A stretch of 64,000 bases of DNA from Planctomycetota bacterium (GCA_965222115.1 CBDCTJ010000007.1:2976001-3040000), one strand, 5' to 3'; counted from the first letter of the stretch, positions 19,215-30,401 are shown. Made by a program: numbers and translations. Notes: generated by a model from the letters alone, not told the origin.

Positions 19215-20603
19215 TTGCACTGGACACGACCGATCGCGATTGCGATTCTCGCCTTGGTCCTGTCGGCGTGTGTACTGATTGGATTGCATTCACCGTGGCC
19301 GTTGGCGGCGGGCGTGCTCATACTCCAGGGCTTTCTTACATGGCGCCTACTCGTCACCGCCATGCGGAAGCGATTCGACGACCTCAAGCAGCACGTTGAA
19401 CACATTCAGCAAGAACGATACGACATACGCCTATCGATGGGGACCGAGAGCTCCTACTCGTCGCTGGCGGAAGCCCTGAACCACTTGGGCGACGCCATGG
19501 AGTCTCGCGTCGCAGCCATGGGACAAGAACAGTCGGAGTTGGCGGCCATTTTGCGTGGTCTGCAAGATGGCGTCGTTGCGATCGACACCGACGAGCGCAT
19601 CCGACGATTCAATCGAGCAGGCGCCGTCATGCTTGCGTTTCCGGATGACCAGGCCAAGGGGCGATCCTTGTGGGAGTTCACACGTGCCCAACCGTTGATC
19701 GACTGTGCTCGAGATGTCCTTAGACATGCTGAACCTCGTGCGACCGCGGCGCGTGTCTTTCACGGCGACGACGAACGACTGATTCAAGCAACCGCGGCGC
19801 CTCTCATCGATCCCGATGGCACGCTGGAAGGCGCGGTGCTATTGCTCCGCGATACCACCGATCTCTCGAGGCTCGAGGGCGCGCGTCGCGAGTTTTTCGC
19901 CAACGCATCTCACGAGTTAAAGACGCCCATTGCGTCGATCTGCGCCGCGTCGGAAACCCTGCTCGACGGGGACGATATGGCACCGGACATTCGCGAGCGC
20001 TTCACCCGTTCCGTCATGGCCAATGGCAAGCGTCTTCAATCGCTTGTCGAGGAAATGATCGACCTCGCGCGCATCGAAAGTGCGACCACCCGTTCCGATG
20101 GGCCTGAACACTGCAACGTACACACGATGGTGGCGATGGCTATGGAGGGCGTCGAACCGCTTGCCCACGAGAAACACGTGCGCATTGCGTTTCACGAAGC
20201 ACCCGACGCCCCCCGTGTGGTCGCACCGCGGGAATCGGTATTTCGCATCGTTTCCAATCTCTTGAACAACGCGGTAAAATACTCGCCGAAGGGTGCGCGC
20301 ATTGATGCGGGTGTGAGCCATGACGCGGGCCGTGTGCAGTTTTATGTGAAAGATCGAGGCCCCGGCATTCCACCGTCGAAGCGACAACGGATCTTTGAAC
20401 GCTTCTATCGTCTCGATGCGGGACGAGGACGTGAACACGGTGGAACGGGGCTCGGACTTGCCATTGTCAAGCACCTCGCGCAGTCATGTGGCGCGGAGGT
20501 GACGGTCGACGAACACGAGGAACCCGGAAGCGTCTTTCAAGTCGCGTTTGTGGCAGCCCCCCACGGACCACGCGAACGCGCACACACCAATTACGAAAAT
20601 TGA
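19215..20603 (+). CDS. phoR: Phosphate regulon sensor histidine kinase
   Basis: TM, HAMP, PAS, H-box FANASHELKTP, NAVKYS, DRGPGI, FERFYR, GGTGLGLAIVKH. Confidence 0.88.
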   Translation: MHWTRPIAIAILALVLSACVLIGLHSPWPLAAGVLILQGFLTWRLLVTAMRKRFDDLKQHVEHIQQERYDIRLSMGTESSYSSLAEALNHLGDAMESRVAAMGQEQSELAAILRGLQDGVVAIDTDERIRRFNRAGAVMLAFPDDQAKGRSLWEFTRAQPLIDCARDVLRHAEPRATAARVFHGDDERLIQATAAPLIDPDGTLEGAVLLLRDTTDLSRLEGARREFFANASHELKTPIASICAASETLLDGDDMAPDIRERFTRSVMANGKRLQSLVEEMIDLARIESATTRSDGPEHCNVHTMVAMAMEGVEPLAHEKHVRIAFHEAPDAPRVVAPRESVFRIVSNLLNNAVKYSPKGARIDAGVSHDAGRVQFYVKDRGPGIPPSKRQRIFERFYRLDAGRGREHGGTGLGLAIVKHLAQSCGAEVTVDEHEEPGSVFQVAFVAAPHGPRERAHTNYEN

Positions 20604-20730
20604 CGGGATTTGTTCCTTGGTATGCGTGTGGCCGCGGTAAACCGTCCCGCATAATTGCGCGCACGAGCGAACCAACCCAGCGCTCCGCAATTGCAGCGCA
20701 GACAGGGCCATAGCCCTGTAGGAGTACCGC

Positions 20731-21396
20731 ATGGGCATTCACCTTCATCGAGATCTGGAAGACCTCACGCGCAAGCTGTTTGAAGTGGGCACGATGGTCG
20801 AGCAGGCCACCAACGACGCGATTGAATCCATCATTGATCGCCGCGCGGACCTTGCCAATCATGTGCTTCAAGGGGATATGCGCATCGACCAACTCGAAGT
20901 CGAAGTGGAAAACGACGCGCTCAAGATTCTCGCCCTTCATCAACCCGTGGCCATCGACTTGCGATTCATCGTGGCAGTGCTCAAGATGAACAACGACTTG
21001 GAGCGAATGGGTGATTTGGCGGTCAATATTGCCGAACGCGCCAAGTACCTCGCCACACACCCCAAGCTCGATGTTCGGCTCCACTTCCGAGAAATGGGAT
21101 CGGTCGTGCGGCAAATGGTACGCGACTGCCTGGATGCACTCACGCAACGCGACCCCGCGCTGGCGCGCGCCGTGTGTGCACGCGACGACGAAGTGGATCG
21201 ATTCAATAGCGACATGTATCTCACGCTACGCAAACACATGTTGGACGACGGCGAGTCCATCAAGCGAGCCATTCATCTGCTGTCGGTTGCACGCCACTTG
21301 GAGAGGATCGCCGACCTCGCAACAAACATCGCGGAAGATGTCGTTTTCATGGTAGAGGGCGAAGTGATTCGGCATCAAGTGGAAGAGTACGACTAG
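20731..21396 (+). CDS. phoU: Phosphate signalling protein PhoU
   Basis: QPVAIDLR, DLERMGD, DDEVD, LERIADLATNIAE. Confidence 0.97.
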   Translation: MGIHLHRDLEDLTRKLFEVGTMVEQATNDAIESIIDRRADLANHVLQGDMRIDQLEVEVENDALKILALHQPVAIDLRFIVAVLKMNNDLERMGDLAVNIAERAKYLATHPKLDVRLHFREMGSVVRQMVRDCLDALTQRDPALARAVCARDDEVDRFNSDMYLTLRKHMLDDGESIKRAIHLLSVARHLERIADLATNIAEDVVFMVEGEVIRHQVEEYD

Positions 21397-21568
21397 GTTC
21401 TGTTTGAAAAGGCTCGTAGCGAGTGATTCGAGGCCGACGCGAGAGGCGATGGGCCAAGAAATTGGCCCGCAGGCGTGGTCTGTTCACGCCGAGGATGACA
21501 ATTTCGAAGGGACGCGCCTCGCAGCGAGAGAATCGGATCACGTAGTAGAGGAGTTTTCAAACAGAGCC
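21396..21568. mobile_element. MITE-like element (~173 bp)
   Basis: Terminal inverted repeats GGTTCTGTTTGAAAA (21396-21410) and TTTTCAAACAGAGCC (21554-21568), 14/15 match, with an internal hairpin (GGCGTG...CACGCC). Lies between convergent phoU and ppx. Confidence 0.7.
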
Positions 21569-21584
21569 GAGCTCGATGTCCGTG

Positions 21585-23156
21585 TCAGTCCAGCCCCGCA
21601 ACACGCAGATCGATTTCGTGTTGGGCCTGGCGTTGGCATTCGGTATTGAGATCCGCGCACGTTAGCGGATGAGAATCGAGCCATCCCGATTCGAATTCAA
21701 GCTTGAGCTTGTGATCCTTGGCGCGAACACGCAATGGCACTACGGCAGGTGCGCGGCGACTTCGATTGAGAAGCACGGCAATACGTAGTAAGCACGTGAG
21801 ACGTAACACCGTTCGTGAAAGCCGACGGGGCACTCGACGGCCCGCCGTGCGAAAGCGGAACTTGCCGCGGTGGCACGCGACCATGGCGGCAAGTGCACTT
21901 TGCTCGGAACGTGTGAATCCCGGCAAGTTTGCGTGCTCAATCAGGTACGCGCCGTGGCGCTGGTATCCACTGTGGGCAACTGCGATGCCGATTTCGTGAA
22001 TGGCACTCGCCCATTCCAACAGCTTCTTGCTTTGTGCGCCGGGCAACCGCCAATCGGCATACACTTGCTCCAGGAGTGCAATCGCGGTGGTTCGTACGCG
22101 CGTCGCCTGGGCAACATCCACGGCGTAGCGGTGTTGTAGGGACGACACGGTGGCTTCCCGCACGTCTCGATCACCCAAGCGACCAATGAGATCCCAAAGC
22201 AAGCCTTCGCGGAGCGCACCGTCCGACACGGACAGGCGCTTTATGGGCAAGTCGTCAAAAATGGAGGCGAGTACGGCTACGCCACCTGCAAACACCGGTA
22301 ACCGATCTGAGCTAATGTGCCCCCCACGTACCTCGGACGTATTGCCTGCCTCGATGAGCGACTTGACCACAAGTTTCATGCTCTTTGCGTCAATGTCCCC
22401 TTGACGCCAACCATGACTCTGAATGAAGCCCGCAATGGCTCGTATGGTCCCGGAGGCACCCAGGCACTGCTGCCACGCACCGTCTTCAAAGTGGGCTCGA
22501 ATGGATTTGAGCCGAAGTCGCGCGGCGGTCTTTGCCTTCTGCATCGCCTTTTTCGTAACGCGACCGTGCGGAAAGAACTGCCGGGAAAAGGACACGCATC
22601 CCATCGACAAGCTACGGGCGTGTTCAATGCTTCCCCCGCGCCCCACGATGAGTTCCGTACTGCCCCCGCCGATATCGATGACGAGTGAACGGCTCTGGTG
22701 ATCGCCAATGGCGTGCAACACACCAAGATAGATGAGGCGCGCCTCTTCTTGTCCCGAGATAACTTCAATGGGATGCCCCAGGACGTCTTCGCACCGACGA
22801 ATGAACCGGTCCGCACCCACCGCAAGCCGGAGGGTATTCGTGCCTACGGCGCGTACATTGCTATCGGGAAACCCCGCCAACCGCTCGCCGAACCGTTCGA
22901 GAGCGTCCCACGCGCGTCGGCGCGCTTTCTTAGACAACTCGCGTTTGCGATTGAGCCCCATCGCCAAGCGCACAGGTTCACGCAAACGATCTTCGACTTC
23001 TAGGAGCCCATCTCGTTCGCGGGCCACAATCATGTGAAAGCTGTTGGATCCCAGATCGACTGCTGCCAATCGACGCGCGGCGGAGGACGCGTCGGCATCC
23101 GGCTGCGCCGTGACCTTGGCGCGCGCGAGCCGTTCGGTGTCCGTTGGGGGCGTCAA
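21585..23156 (-). CDS. ppx: Exopolyphosphatase (Ppx/GppA)
   Basis: AAVDLGSNSFH, ISGQEEARL, DIGGGSTE, ALREG and an HD-like C-terminus. Confidence 0.95.
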   Translation of the reverse strand: MTPPTDTERLARAKVTAQPDADASSAARRLAAVDLGSNSFHMIVARERDGLLEVEDRLREPVRLAMGLNRKRELSKKARRRAWDALERFGERLAGFPDSNVRAVGTNTLRLAVGADRFIRRCEDVLGHPIEVISGQEEARLIYLGVLHAIGDHQSRSLVIDIGGGSTELIVGRGGSIEHARSLSMGCVSFSRQFFPHGRVTKKAMQKAKTAARLRLKSIRAHFEDGAWQQCLGASGTIRAIAGFIQSHGWRQGDIDAKSMKLVVKSLIEAGNTSEVRGGHISSDRLPVFAGGVAVLASIFDDLPIKRLSVSDGALREGLLWDLIGRLGDRDVREATVSSLQHRYAVDVAQATRVRTTAIALLEQVYADWRLPGAQSKKLLEWASAIHEIGIAVAHSGYQRHGAYLIEHANLPGFTRSEQSALAAMVACHRGKFRFRTAGRRVPRRLSRTVLRLTCLLRIAVLLNRSRRAPAVVPLRVRAKDHKLKLEFESGWLDSHPLTCADLNTECQRQAQHEIDLRVAGLD

Positions 23157-23263
23157 TCAAAATCCTCTACGAATCATTGCGCTAAGAGAGGTCACTCATT
23201 TGCACAGCGACGTGTAACGCTCTTCGTCGAAACTGCCAGTGCCGAACTAGCCGAACCGACAGG

Positions 23264-24307
23264 CTACCCGAATCGACCAGTAACATAGTCTTCCGTTTCC
23301 TTGAGCTTTGGCAAAACGAAGATGTCTTGCGTGGGCCCAAACTCGACCATGCGACCCAGATACATGAATGCAGTATAGTCGCTCGCACGTGAAGCTTGCT
23401 GCATATTGTGCGTCACCATGAGCAGCGTATACTGGCCTTTGAGTTCGCTGATCAAATCCTCGATCTTTCCGGTGGCGATCGGGTCGAGCGCGGAGCAGGG
23501 TTCGTCGAGCAGCAAAATGTCGGGCTCACCCGAGATAGCACGCGCAATGCACAGACGCTGTTGCTGACCGCCGCTGAGGCTCAAACCGCTCTCCGAGAGA
23601 CGGTCCTTTACTTCGCTCCACAGTCCTGCCCCTTTGAGGCTCTTCTCACACACTTCCTCAAGCAGGTTGCGATCGCGTACGCCGTCGATGCGTAGGGAGT
23701 ACACCACATTTTCAAAGATGCTCATTGGGAAGGGATTGGGCTTCTGAAAGACCATCCCAATCCGCTTTCGTAGCTGAATGACATCGATTCCGCGACCATA
23801 AATGATCTGGTCGCCCACACGCATCTCCCCCTCGATGCGCACCCCCTCCACGAGGTCGTTCATTCGATTGACCGATCGCAGTAGCGTTGACTTGCCGCAT
23901 CCTGAGGGTCCGATCAGTGCCGTCACCTTTCCGCGAGGAACGCGCATGGAGCACTGGTAGAGCGCCTGCTTTTGTCCGTACCAGAGGCTGAAGTCCTTGA
24001 TCGCAAGATCGCACACTTCCTTCTCAACCGCTTCGTGAACACAAGTAGTGAACGACTCGTCACGTTCGACGGCCTCAAACACGCCGCCCAGATAGGGCGT
24101 ATTTGGTGCAGAACCCGATCCGGGTCCACTCGACAAGCGTTCCCCCAGCGGGGCGCCGGAAGAGTCCCTCGCGGGCGGGTTCACGTCGGGCGGATTCACG
24201 GCTGACGATTCTGCATGGTCATGCTCCGCCTGCCGCGGTGCGGACTTTTGCGGTTGCTTGGGGTCGAACGAAGGTCGCGTCATGGGTGGGGTCTCTGCGT
24301 GATTCAT
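23264..24307 (-). CDS. pstB: Phosphate ABC transporter ATPase
   Basis: [45 protein letters not shown]; long low-complexity N-terminus. Confidence 0.97.
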   Translation of the reverse strand: MNHAETPPMTRPSFDPKQPQKSAPRQAEHDHAESSAVNPPDVNPPARDSSGAPLGERLSSGPGSGSAPNTPYLGGVFEAVERDESFTTCVHEAVEKEVCDLAIKDFSLWYGQKQALYQCSMRVPRGKVTALIGPSGCGKSTLLRSVNRMNDLVEGVRIEGEMRVGDQIIYGRGIDVIQLRKRIGMVFQKPNPFPMSIFENVVYSLRIDGVRDRNLLEEVCEKSLKGAGLWSEVKDRLSESGLSLSGGQQQRLCIARAISGEPDILLLDEPCSALDPIATGKIEDLISELKGQYTLLMVTHNMQQASRASDYTAFMYLGRMVEFGPTQDIFVLPKLKETEDYVTGRFG

Positions 24308-24310
24308 ATG

Positions 24311-26344
24311 CTATCCGTGGGATTTTCGCAAGCGCGCTCGAATCCAGATGGCCGCGAGATTGAGCACCACCACCACGCCAATCAGGAGCATGGTCGAGGT
24401 GTACACCATGGGGCGCGCCGCTTCGCTGTTGGAACTTTGCAATCCAAGGTCGTAGATGTGAAACCCGAGGTGCATAAAGCTACGCTCGGGGTGAATAAAG
24501 GGCGCGGTGCCGTCAATGGGGAGATCCGGAGCCAACTTCACCGCTCCCACGAGCATGAGGGGCGCCACTTCGCCTGCGCCACGCGCGACCGAGAGAATCA
24601 TCCCCGTCATGATGCCCGGCAAGGCGCGCGGGAGAATGATGCGGCGGATGGTTTGCCATTTGCTTGCGCCGCAAGCAAACGAACCCTCGCGCATGCTGTT
24701 GGGCACGGCCGACAAGGCTTCCTCGGTTGCAACCACCACTACCGGAAGCGTGAGCAGCGCCAAGGTCAGCGACGCCCAGAGCAATCCGCCTTTGCCGTAG
24801 GTGGGGTTGTTGAGTTCCTTTAGTTCCAGTGAATAGAACATCTCGTCGATGCGACCCCCGACGATGTAGCAAAAGAACCCGAGACCGAATACGCCAAACA
24901 CAATGCTTGGCACACCAGCCAAGTTGTTGACGGCGATTCGGACCGCACTAACGAGCGCGCCCTGTTTGGCATATTCGCGTAGATAGAGCGCGGCAAGCAC
25001 GCCAAATGGAACGACCAACAACGACATGATGAGCGTCATCACGACGGTGCCAAAGATGGCGGGCCATACACCGCCCTCCGCATTGGCTTCGCGGGGATCG
25101 TCGGTAAGAAACTCCCACCACCGTGAGGCGTAGACGCCGAGTTTGTCGAGCCATCCAAGTTGATTGGCCGGGTAGGCGCGAACGATCTCGGCAAGCGGGA
25201 TGACCTTTTCCTGCCCACTCGCCGTTTCAAAGACGATGGCAGACTTCGCGTTCTCAAAATCCAGCGCCGCTACGCGATCCACGACTTCATCAATCGACCC
25301 ACGCACGCGCTTGATGGGGGCCTCCGCCTCCTTTGCATCGGGCTCCGGTGCGTCTGCAATGCCCAACGCGCGCTCGCGTAGTCCCGCGAAGCGATCAAAG
25401 GTTTCCTGCAACTCGCCGGATGCCGCACGTTGTGCCTGCCCTTGAAGAATGGCATCGAGCGCCGCCAACCGTTCGTACATGGGCTGATAGCCCTCACGCA
25501 CGTCCTCGCCCTCAATGCGGTGTCGCAGCGCCAAATAGGTAACCAACGCCGCTCGCCCCCTATCCGAGAGAACGCCGTGGTCACGTTCGGTGCGTCGCCG
25601 ATCTAAATCCGCCCTTTTGAGTTCATCGTTTAGGCTACCAATCTCGTCCTTCTCAATCTCTCGCGCCTCTTTCCATCGATCTCGGATGGTCTCGTGGAGT
25701 GCCTCAAACGCCTCCCATACGGCGGCCGGATCCCCTTCGTGCTTGCGCGTGAACGTCAATTGCGTCTCATCGTGACCCTGATAACCGTGGGCGGCACGTC
25801 CTTCGGAAAACGCTTTCGGCGTCCCATAAAACCGCCCCCACTCAAGACGCTCGACTGTGATCGCCCACTCGGGTTGCTGGGCCGTCTCCGTAGCCCCATC
25901 GACACCGGTGACCCAAGCGTAATGCGCACCGGTGAGTTCATAGTTGCCGATGCGAAGTTGCATCCGGTGAAGCTGCCCGTCGTTCTCGGCCATCTCGGCG
26001 CGCGCGCGGGCGGCCAGGTCTTTCGACTGCTCTTCCATGGAGGTGAGCAAGGATGCATCCGGCGTAAACCACTCTTCATTGGCAGGCTCGCCAAGCAGAG
26101 CCTTGCCCGCGCTTGTTTCCACGCGCGTGAGCTCTTTGGGCCAAAATGCTCGACCGCCCTGCCAGCCCACCAACACAATCAGCCCCACGGCCATCAATAG
26201 ACAGATGGCTAGGGCGCCACCGCACAACCACACCATGGGTTCGCCGCGCGCGAAGAGCGAACTGCGCCGACGTACCAAGGACGTGCCCGACGACGCCTTC
26301 TCGCTGGCGGGTGGCTCAGTCGGTGTTGGTGTGGGTTCGCCCAT
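24311..26344 (-). CDS. pstA: Phosphate ABC transporter permease PstA with large extracytoplasmic insertion
   Basis: GGVWPAIFGT, NLAGVPSIVFG, ARGAGEVAPL. Confidence 0.95.
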   Translation of the reverse strand: MGEPTPTPTEPPASEKASSGTSLVRRRSSLFARGEPMVWLCGGALAICLLMAVGLIVLVGWQGGRAFWPKELTRVETSAGKALLGEPANEEWFTPDASLLTSMEEQSKDLAARARAEMAENDGQLHRMQLRIGNYELTGAHYAWVTGVDGATETAQQPEWAITVERLEWGRFYGTPKAFSEGRAAHGYQGHDETQLTFTRKHEGDPAAVWEAFEALHETIRDRWKEAREIEKDEIGSLNDELKRADLDRRRTERDHGVLSDRGRAALVTYLALRHRIEGEDVREGYQPMYERLAALDAILQGQAQRAASGELQETFDRFAGLRERALGIADAPEPDAKEAEAPIKRVRGSIDEVVDRVAALDFENAKSAIVFETASGQEKVIPLAEIVRAYPANQLGWLDKLGVYASRWWEFLTDDPREANAEGGVWPAIFGTVVMTLIMSLLVVPFGVLAALYLREYAKQGALVSAVRIAVNNLAGVPSIVFGVFGLGFFCYIVGGRIDEMFYSLELKELNNPTYGKGGLLWASLTLALLTLPVVVVATEEALSAVPNSMREGSFACGASKWQTIRRIILPRALPGIMTGMILSVARGAGEVAPLMLVGAVKLAPDLPIDGTAPFIHPERSFMHLGFHIYDLGLQSSNSEAARPMVYTSTMLLIGVVVVLNLAAIWIRARLRKSHG

Positions 26345-26362
26345 ACGTACGTAGGTTCTCCG

Positions 26363-28993
26363 TTAGAGTTGCGCGAAGCGTTTGCGGAAACGTCGTCGCA
26401 CGACCTCGGCAATCGTGTTGATTACAAACGTCATGGCAAAGAGCACCAGCGCGGCCAAGAACAACGTGCGGTAGTGCGAACTGTCCTTGACGGCTTCGGG
26501 CAGTTCGACGGCAATATTGGCGGCCAACGTTCGAAACCCATTGAATGGATTGACGTCCATGATGGGTGAGTTGCCAACCGCCATCAGCACGATCATGGTC
26601 TCGCCTACCGCACGGCCGAGTCCCACCATCAAGGCGCTGAAGATCCCACTCATTGCCGCGGGCAGCATGACGCGCCACGTGGTTTGCCATCGCGTTGCGC
26701 CCGCACCCAGTGAGCCCTCTTTGAGCTGACGAGGCACGCTGGAGAGCGCGTCGTCTGCAATGGTGAAGATGATAGGAATCACCGCAAAGCCCATCACGAA
26801 GCCCACGATGAGCGCGTTCTTTTGGGTATAGCCACCGAATAGGGTGCTGCGCGGGTCGCCAAGCACAAGGTAGGCGAGCGTACCCAATACACCCGCACAC
26901 ACAATGGCGAGTACGGCACCGGCTAGGAACTTCAAGAGATCAGCGTTCGCGCTCTCGGCGCGGGTATAGCCGTGAGTCAAAGCCCGAAATCGCGGGCCGA
27001 CCACCGAAGACATGACGTAGACGGCCAACAGTGCCGCGACCGGCAGTAGGAAAAATGCCCACGTCAGAATGCCACCCCCGCGATCGCTCCGTCCAAGCCA
27101 TTCGACAAGGTCGCCATCGAAACACACGCGACTAAGCCAAGGCCCCAACAACGCGGCGAGCAGCACTCCCATGACGAGCGCAACGCCCATGAGGGCAAAG
27201 CGTGACCCGCCCTCTCGTTCGCGAGCGATTCGATCGGGCAGGAACTGCCAGAGCCGCGCACCGAGCAGCAGTGCGAAGGGAACCAAAACGAACGACAGCA
27301 TCGTGGCAGGCAAAACCGTTTGGATGTACGGAGCAATCGCGAGGCCCGCGATGAAGCCAAGCACGACACTGGGAAGTCCCGCCATGAGTTCAACGCACGT
27401 CTTGACGGGCGCCCGAGCGCCGAGGGAAAGAAACTGTGTCGTATAAATCGCGGCCAGAATCGCGAGCGGCGCCGCAAACAACATTGCATAGAGCGTTGCT
27501 TTGAGCGTGCCAAAGATCAGCGGCCACAGGCCGAGCTTGGGTTCAAAGCCGTCGCCGCCGCTAGACTGCCACACATTCGTAGGCTCGGCGTATCCCTCGT
27601 ACCACACGGGCGCGAAGAGTGACGCGAACGTTACCTCAGGATGGCGCGCATCGAATGGCCAGGTCATCGAACCGCGGTCGCTCAGTGCGATAACGGCGTC
27701 GTCTTTCGGAGCGGTCCTGGCCGCTAGAACTGCGACGCCATCCTCAAGTTTCGTCCGGACGATCTCATTTCCCGTCGTGGTGTGCACCACGCGCAGCGTG
27801 CCATCTTTGTGCGAGGCAACAACCAACCGCGTGCGCGCACTTGGGCTCAACTGTGTCACCGGAGATGACACGTTGTGATCTTCAATCGCACGACTGCTAA
27901 CCAATGCCTGGGCGTCGGACCCCATGGGCGGTAGGTCCGATACATCGGGATCGTCGCGCGTCAGAAACCACGTGCCAACGCCACCGCTGCTGTCGCCTAC
28001 CAGGAGCGTTGATTTTCCAATCAACCACGTCGCGGTTGTCACGCTCCCATCGACCAACACATCGCGCTGTTCGGCCAGGGCTAGATGTTCACGACGTGCA
28101 TCAAAGCGCAGAAGTCTGCCATCGCGCCAAAGTACCGAGAGCGTTGTCGAAGCACCATCGAGGAATACGCCCACCATGTCATCGAATCGACTCCCCGACG
28201 TGGCGGCAAAGGGTAGCTCAAAGCGATCGACGCTCGTGACCGTTTCGCCGGTCATCATGTCCATCTCTTCGTTGGTCTCATAGAGGGCGAGTACGCTGTC
28301 TTCGCTCAGCGCTGCGAAGACCGGTCCCCGTGTCGTCAACGAGATATCGGCGTGTGCAATCGGTGAACTGGAAATCTCAATCGGTTCGCCAATATCGATC
28401 TCGACGTACTGCAGGCGCATGTCGCCACGATGCGTAACGATGAGCGCGCCCTCGTCGTGCGGAAGGAGCGCGCCAAGCTCGCTTGGCGTTCCTTCTTGAG
28501 TAGCAAAGTGGCGTCGTTCGTCCCGGGAGAGAAATCGCGTAGCGAATCGAATGGTGCCCTGCCGCACCGTTCCATCTTCGAATCCAAAGGCGAAGATTGC
28601 CGTCCCCGGATCCTTGGCCATGCAGGTGGGCGCTATGCCGCCAAAGAGCGGCGCGGAGGAGACAAGGGAACCGTCCGCCCGGTGGACGTCCGCGGAGCCA
28701 TCCTTCCAGAGTGTCAGTCGAAGCGTCTTGAGTTCATCGGACGCGAAGTACAGGGGGCGCTCGTTGCCCGGTGATCGCTGATGCAGCGCCGTAGGTGTTG
28801 ACGCATTCCCTAGCGTGCCGGGAAGAAACAGTGGAATAACGACAAACAGCAAAAACACAAAGATGAGCAGCACCGCGGCAATGGTGCCGAAGCCACCTGC
28901 CGAAATGACGCCGCGCATAACGGTTTCGCTGGCCCGCGTACGCCACGGCGTAACGCGGGTTCGCTCGCGTCCTGTCCAACCCACGTCACTCAT
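26363..28993 (-). CDS. pstC: Phosphate ABC transporter permease PstC with beta-propeller-like N-terminal domain
   Basis: PLIFGTLKAT, ELMAGLPSVVLG, GRAVGETM, RTLAANIAVE. Confidence 0.93.
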   Translation of the reverse strand: MSDVGWTGRERTRVTPWRTRASETVMRGVISAGGFGTIAAVLLIFVFLLFVVIPLFLPGTLGNASTPTALHQRSPGNERPLYFASDELKTLRLTLWKDGSADVHRADGSLVSSAPLFGGIAPTCMAKDPGTAIFAFGFEDGTVRQGTIRFATRFLSRDERRHFATQEGTPSELGALLPHDEGALIVTHRGDMRLQYVEIDIGEPIEISSSPIAHADISLTTRGPVFAALSEDSVLALYETNEEMDMMTGETVTSVDRFELPFAATSGSRFDDMVGVFLDGASTTLSVLWRDGRLLRFDARREHLALAEQRDVLVDGSVTTATWLIGKSTLLVGDSSGGVGTWFLTRDDPDVSDLPPMGSDAQALVSSRAIEDHNVSSPVTQLSPSARTRLVVASHKDGTLRVVHTTTGNEIVRTKLEDGVAVLAARTAPKDDAVIALSDRGSMTWPFDARHPEVTFASLFAPVWYEGYAEPTNVWQSSGGDGFEPKLGLWPLIFGTLKATLYAMLFAAPLAILAAIYTTQFLSLGARAPVKTCVELMAGLPSVVLGFIAGLAIAPYIQTVLPATMLSFVLVPFALLLGARLWQFLPDRIAREREGGSRFALMGVALVMGVLLAALLGPWLSRVCFDGDLVEWLGRSDRGGGILTWAFFLLPVAALLAVYVMSSVVGPRFRALTHGYTRAESANADLLKFLAGAVLAIVCAGVLGTLAYLVLGDPRSTLFGGYTQKNALIVGFVMGFAVIPIIFTIADDALSSVPRQLKEGSLGAGATRWQTTWRVMLPAAMSGIFSALMVGLGRAVGETMIVLMAVGNSPIMDVNPFNGFRTLAANIAVELPEAVKDSSHYRTLFLAALVLFAMTFVINTIAEVVRRRFRKRFAQL

Positions 28994-29070
28994 GACGCGT
29001 CACTCATTGGGATCCCCAAAAGGAGAATCGAAATCCCTAACGGGGTCTCTTGTGCCCCCAAAAGGGAGGG

Positions 29071-29108
29071 CATCGGTGGGCCCGCCGACACGGGCGGACC
29101 CACGGATG
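29071..29108 (-). terminator. Stem-loop between pstS and pstC (terminator or mRNA-stabilising hairpin)
   Basis: CATCGGTGGGCCCGCC...GGCGGACCCACGGATG, 14/16-bp stem directly after the pstS stop; no clear U-tract. Confidence 0.5.
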
Positions 29109-29118
29109 TGCTACGTCT

Positions 29119-30135
29119 CTACTTTGAAACGGTCGCAGGTGCACGTTTCGCCGTAGACGCCGCGAGCCCCACCGACGTCAGCTCGCGACTCGCAACGGCT
29201 GCCGTGACCGGCAAGTAGCCGTCCTTGAGTACGCTCTCCTGACCCTGCTTGCTAAAGACGAGCTTGATGAACTCGGCGCGCAGCGGATCCAACTTGCTGC
29301 CAGGCTTGTAGTTGACGGTGAGCAACAGGAAGCGCGCCAGGGGATAGCGATCCTTGCTGCGATAGACGCTCGCGGCCACGGCCGGTACATAGGGCTTGCC
29401 AGGGCGCTGGGCCAAGGGCAAGGCACGCACGTCGGACGTCTTGTAACCGATGCCGCTATAACCGATGCCGGTTACATCCTTGGCGATGCTGCTGATGACC
29501 GCGGAGCTTCCGGGCTGCTCCTTCACTGAATCCTTGTAGTCGCCCTTGAAGAGCGCATGCTTCTTGAAGTAGCTGTAGGTGCCGGATGCCGAATTACGAC
29601 CGTAGATCGTAATGGGTCGTGTGGCCCAGGCACCGGTGAGACCGAGATCGCCCCACGTCTTGATGTCGCTCGTGTGCCCACCCTTGCGGGACTTGCTAAA
29701 GATGGCATCCACCTGCTGCAACGTGAGGTGCTTGAGGGGATTGTCTTTGTGCACATACACGGCCAACATGTCGATGCCTACGCGCAGTTGCGTCGCCTTA
29801 TAGCCAAAGGCCTTTTCAAACGCATCTTGCTCTTTGGCCTTCATGGGACGACTCATGGGTCCAAAGGTGGCACTTCCGCTGATCATTGCGGGCGGGGCCG
29901 TTGAACTCCCCTTACCTTCAATGGCGCGCTTCGCGTTCGAATAGAACTTGTTGAAGTCGTCACTCCACAGTGCCATGAGATTGTTCATGGTGTCTGAGCC
30001 AACACTCTTGATAGTGCCCGACACGCCCGTTGTTGCCTTATAGGCGGGAAGGCCCGGATCGACCTTCGTGACTTCGGCCCACGCAAGAGTGCCCATGCAC
30101 GCCACAACGAGTGCTGCTGTACCTAACCGTTTCAT
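29119..30135 (-). CDS. pstS: Phosphate ABC transporter substrate-binding protein
   Basis: Signal peptide, VGSDTM, GKGSSTAP, GRNSASGTY, YPLAR. Confidence 0.95.
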   Translation of the reverse strand: MKRLGTAALVVACMGTLAWAEVTKVDPGLPAYKATTGVSGTIKSVGSDTMNNLMALWSDDFNKFYSNAKRAIEGKGSSTAPPAMISGSATFGPMSRPMKAKEQDAFEKAFGYKATQLRVGIDMLAVYVHKDNPLKHLTLQQVDAIFSKSRKGGHTSDIKTWGDLGLTGAWATRPITIYGRNSASGTYSYFKKHALFKGDYKDSVKEQPGSSAVISSIAKDVTGIGYSGIGYKTSDVRALPLAQRPGKPYVPAVAASVYRSKDRYPLARFLLLTVNYKPGSKLDPLRAEFIKLVFSKQGQESVLKDGYLPVTAAVASRELTSVGLAASTAKRAPATVSK

Positions 30136-30401
30136 CGTTCATGCTCCTGGATGCGACGTGAATACTCACGCCTTGTATGCGCAGGAGAGCACAGCTGTGA
30201 GAACGCCTCAGGGTCGTAGGGCGAATAAATTGTAAAGATGTAACCTATCTGCTGACAGCTATTTACGAGCGCCGCCAGTTTCCGAATGCAGACGCCTTCG
30301 CCTAGACACCTGGGCAAAACAAGACACGGGCCTCGCGGTCCGACTCTTGGCCAGACTCCAAGGCCCGATGGGTCCCAGTGCGCCGATTCTCTGAATCGGC
30401 T

